A DNA stretch of 64,000 bases from Candidatus Saccharimonadota bacterium (GTDB taxonomy: Bacteria; Patescibacteriota; Saccharimonadia; Saccharimonadales; UBA4665), in assembly GCA_037200465.1 (NCBI GenBank), contig JBBCFY010000001.1, positions 18,885 through 82,884 of the forward strand, given 5' to 3'. Positions 63,006 to 64,000 of the stretch are shown one piece after another. Position 1 is the stretch's first letter. Every line of letters begins with the position of its first letter. The notes under the pieces were generated by a model. It was given only the letters and a program-made list of their open reading frames with translations, was not told the DNA's origin and made no database searches. The position numbers and the translations under genes are program-made.

Positions 63006-64000
63006 CTAGTTGTTACCGATCTGGGTACTTAGGTTGGCAATCGGGCCCATCACACTGGCAGCGATAAGACCTACGCCGGCGCCTAGGAAGATGATCATGA
63101 CCGGCTCGATGATGCTGGCCAGACTGTCGATAGCCGTGGCCACTTCTTCTTCGTAGAAGTCAGCCACTTTTACGAGCACCACATCCGTCTTACCGGTTTC
63201 CTCGCCGACCGCCAGCATCTGCGAGACGATGCGCGGGAAGTGCGGACTGCTAGCCAATACCTCGGATAGTTGCTTGCCGTTCTTGACCTCTTTAGCGGCC
63301 GCGGCCAGCTCCTTCTCGATAACCTTGTTGCCGATGGAACCGCCGGTCACTGCCAGGGCGTCCAGCACACCGACACCGGCAGCCATCAGGGCGGAAAAGA
63401 TGCGGGCGAAGCGGGCGATGGCGACCTTGGTGATGAGCGTTTTGACGATGGGCGTCTTCAGCATCAAGACATGGAACTGGTACTTGCCTTTCGGCGTCCT
63501 GATATAGCGCAGGGTAAAGAAAACCACCAAGGCTATGGCCGGCAATACGATATAGGCGTATTTGCGGCAGATCTGGCTGAAGTCCAGCAGCACCTGCGTG
63601 TATATGGGCAGCTTGGCGTTGGGCCCGCCCAAGGAAGTGATAATGCTAGATATCTTAGGCATTAAGATAAACATGATGCCGAAGAACGCGATGACGGTGA
63701 CGCTCAAGATAACTGCCGGATAGGTCATGGCGCCTTTGATGCGCTTCTTGATGCTGGCATTCTGTTCGACCTGCAGTGCCAGGCGCTTCAGGATTTCGTC
63801 CAGGATACCGCCCTCTTCGCCGGCCCGGACCATGTTCACGAACACCTCGTCGAAGACTCTCGGGTACTTCGCGAACGCATCGCCCAGGTTGGTGCCGCTC
63901 TCTATGTCTTTGGTGATTTTGCCGAGGACCTCGCGGAAATAGGGGCTGTTCGGGCTATCCTTGAGCGTGTCGAGACCGCGGGCCAGCGGGACGCCGGCCG
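63006..64000 (-). CDS. pilC: type IV pilus platform protein PilC (GspF family), partial (N-terminus beyond window end)
   Basis: T2SSF repeat with ...MVRAGEEGGILDEIL... and ...MLAVGEETGKTDVVL.... The frame stays open to position 64000. Confidence 0.88.
   Translation of the reverse strand, partial: AGVPLARGLDTLKDSPNSPYFREVLGKITKDIESGTNLGDAFAKYPRVFDEVFVNMVRAGEEGGILDEILKRLALQVEQNASIKKRIKGAMTYPAVILSVTVIAFFGIMFILMPKISSIITSLGGPNAKLPIYTQVLLDFSQICRKYAYIVLPAIALVVFFTLRYIRTPKGKYQFHVLMLKTPIVKTLITKVAIARFARIFSALMAAGVGVLDALAVTGGSIGNKVIEKELAAAAKEVKNGKQLSEVLASSPHFPRIVSQMLAVGEETGKTDVVLVKVADFYEEEVATAIDSLASIIEPVMIIFLGAGVGLIAASVMGPIANLSTQIGNN

Noticed and set aside
1-64000. CRISPR arrays, rRNA genes, and IS or transposase genes.
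   Set aside because: I saw no regularly spaced direct repeats, no 16S/23S/5S-like sequence, and no DDE, serine or tyrosine recombinase motifs in any listed ORF.

Overview
This 64-kb window is gene-dense (about 85 coding regions, 2 tRNAs) and comes from a moderately GC-rich bacterium. Hand counts give about 60% GC in core genes, with several patches of about 33-45% GC. I found no rRNA, CRISPR array, transposase, integrase or obvious prophage core.

Housekeeping content:
- tilS-ftsH, murJ and lepA.
- An hrcA-grpE-dnaK-dnaJ heat-shock locus with CIRCE operators.
- yebC-ruvC-ruvA ... ruvB, comEC, and a Crp/PAS-histidine-kinase/receiver trio.
- A large type IV pilus locus: pilO/N/M, three pilin-like adhesin genes, two tandem major pilins and pilC.

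The gene content (type IV pili, ComEC, an orphan VirD4-like ATPase, many ORFans) would fit a reduced, possibly epibiotic (Saccharibacteria/CPR-like) organism. That placement is speculation I cannot verify here.

Most notable observations:
1. A 6.2-kb cell-surface island splits ruvA from ruvB. It carries a trio of phage-tail-fibre-like genes with no other phage genes, plus a WxL/DUF916-like surface cluster, and sits next to the pilus locus.
2. The last 21 codons of lepA are present twice. The copies differ at 12 nt, all synonymous, which looks like a recombination or integration scar.
3. Two related long imperfect palindromes have mismatches that all become G-U pairs on the minus strand. One covers the pilM leader.
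4. A 27-nt GC-rich palindromic repeat is inserted in frame in tilS and occurs as an inverted pair upstream of yebC.
5. An ABC permease carries at least 5 frameshifts, and there are single frameshifts in murJ, a NUDIX gene and a hypothetical gene.
6. At 15 or more genes a -10-like hexamer lies 6-12 nt from the start codon, suggesting leaderless mRNAs.
7. A lower-GC block encodes glycosyltransferase and ATP-grasp genes, followed by a retropepsin-RimK fusion.

All family assignments come from motif recognition by eye; no database search was possible.
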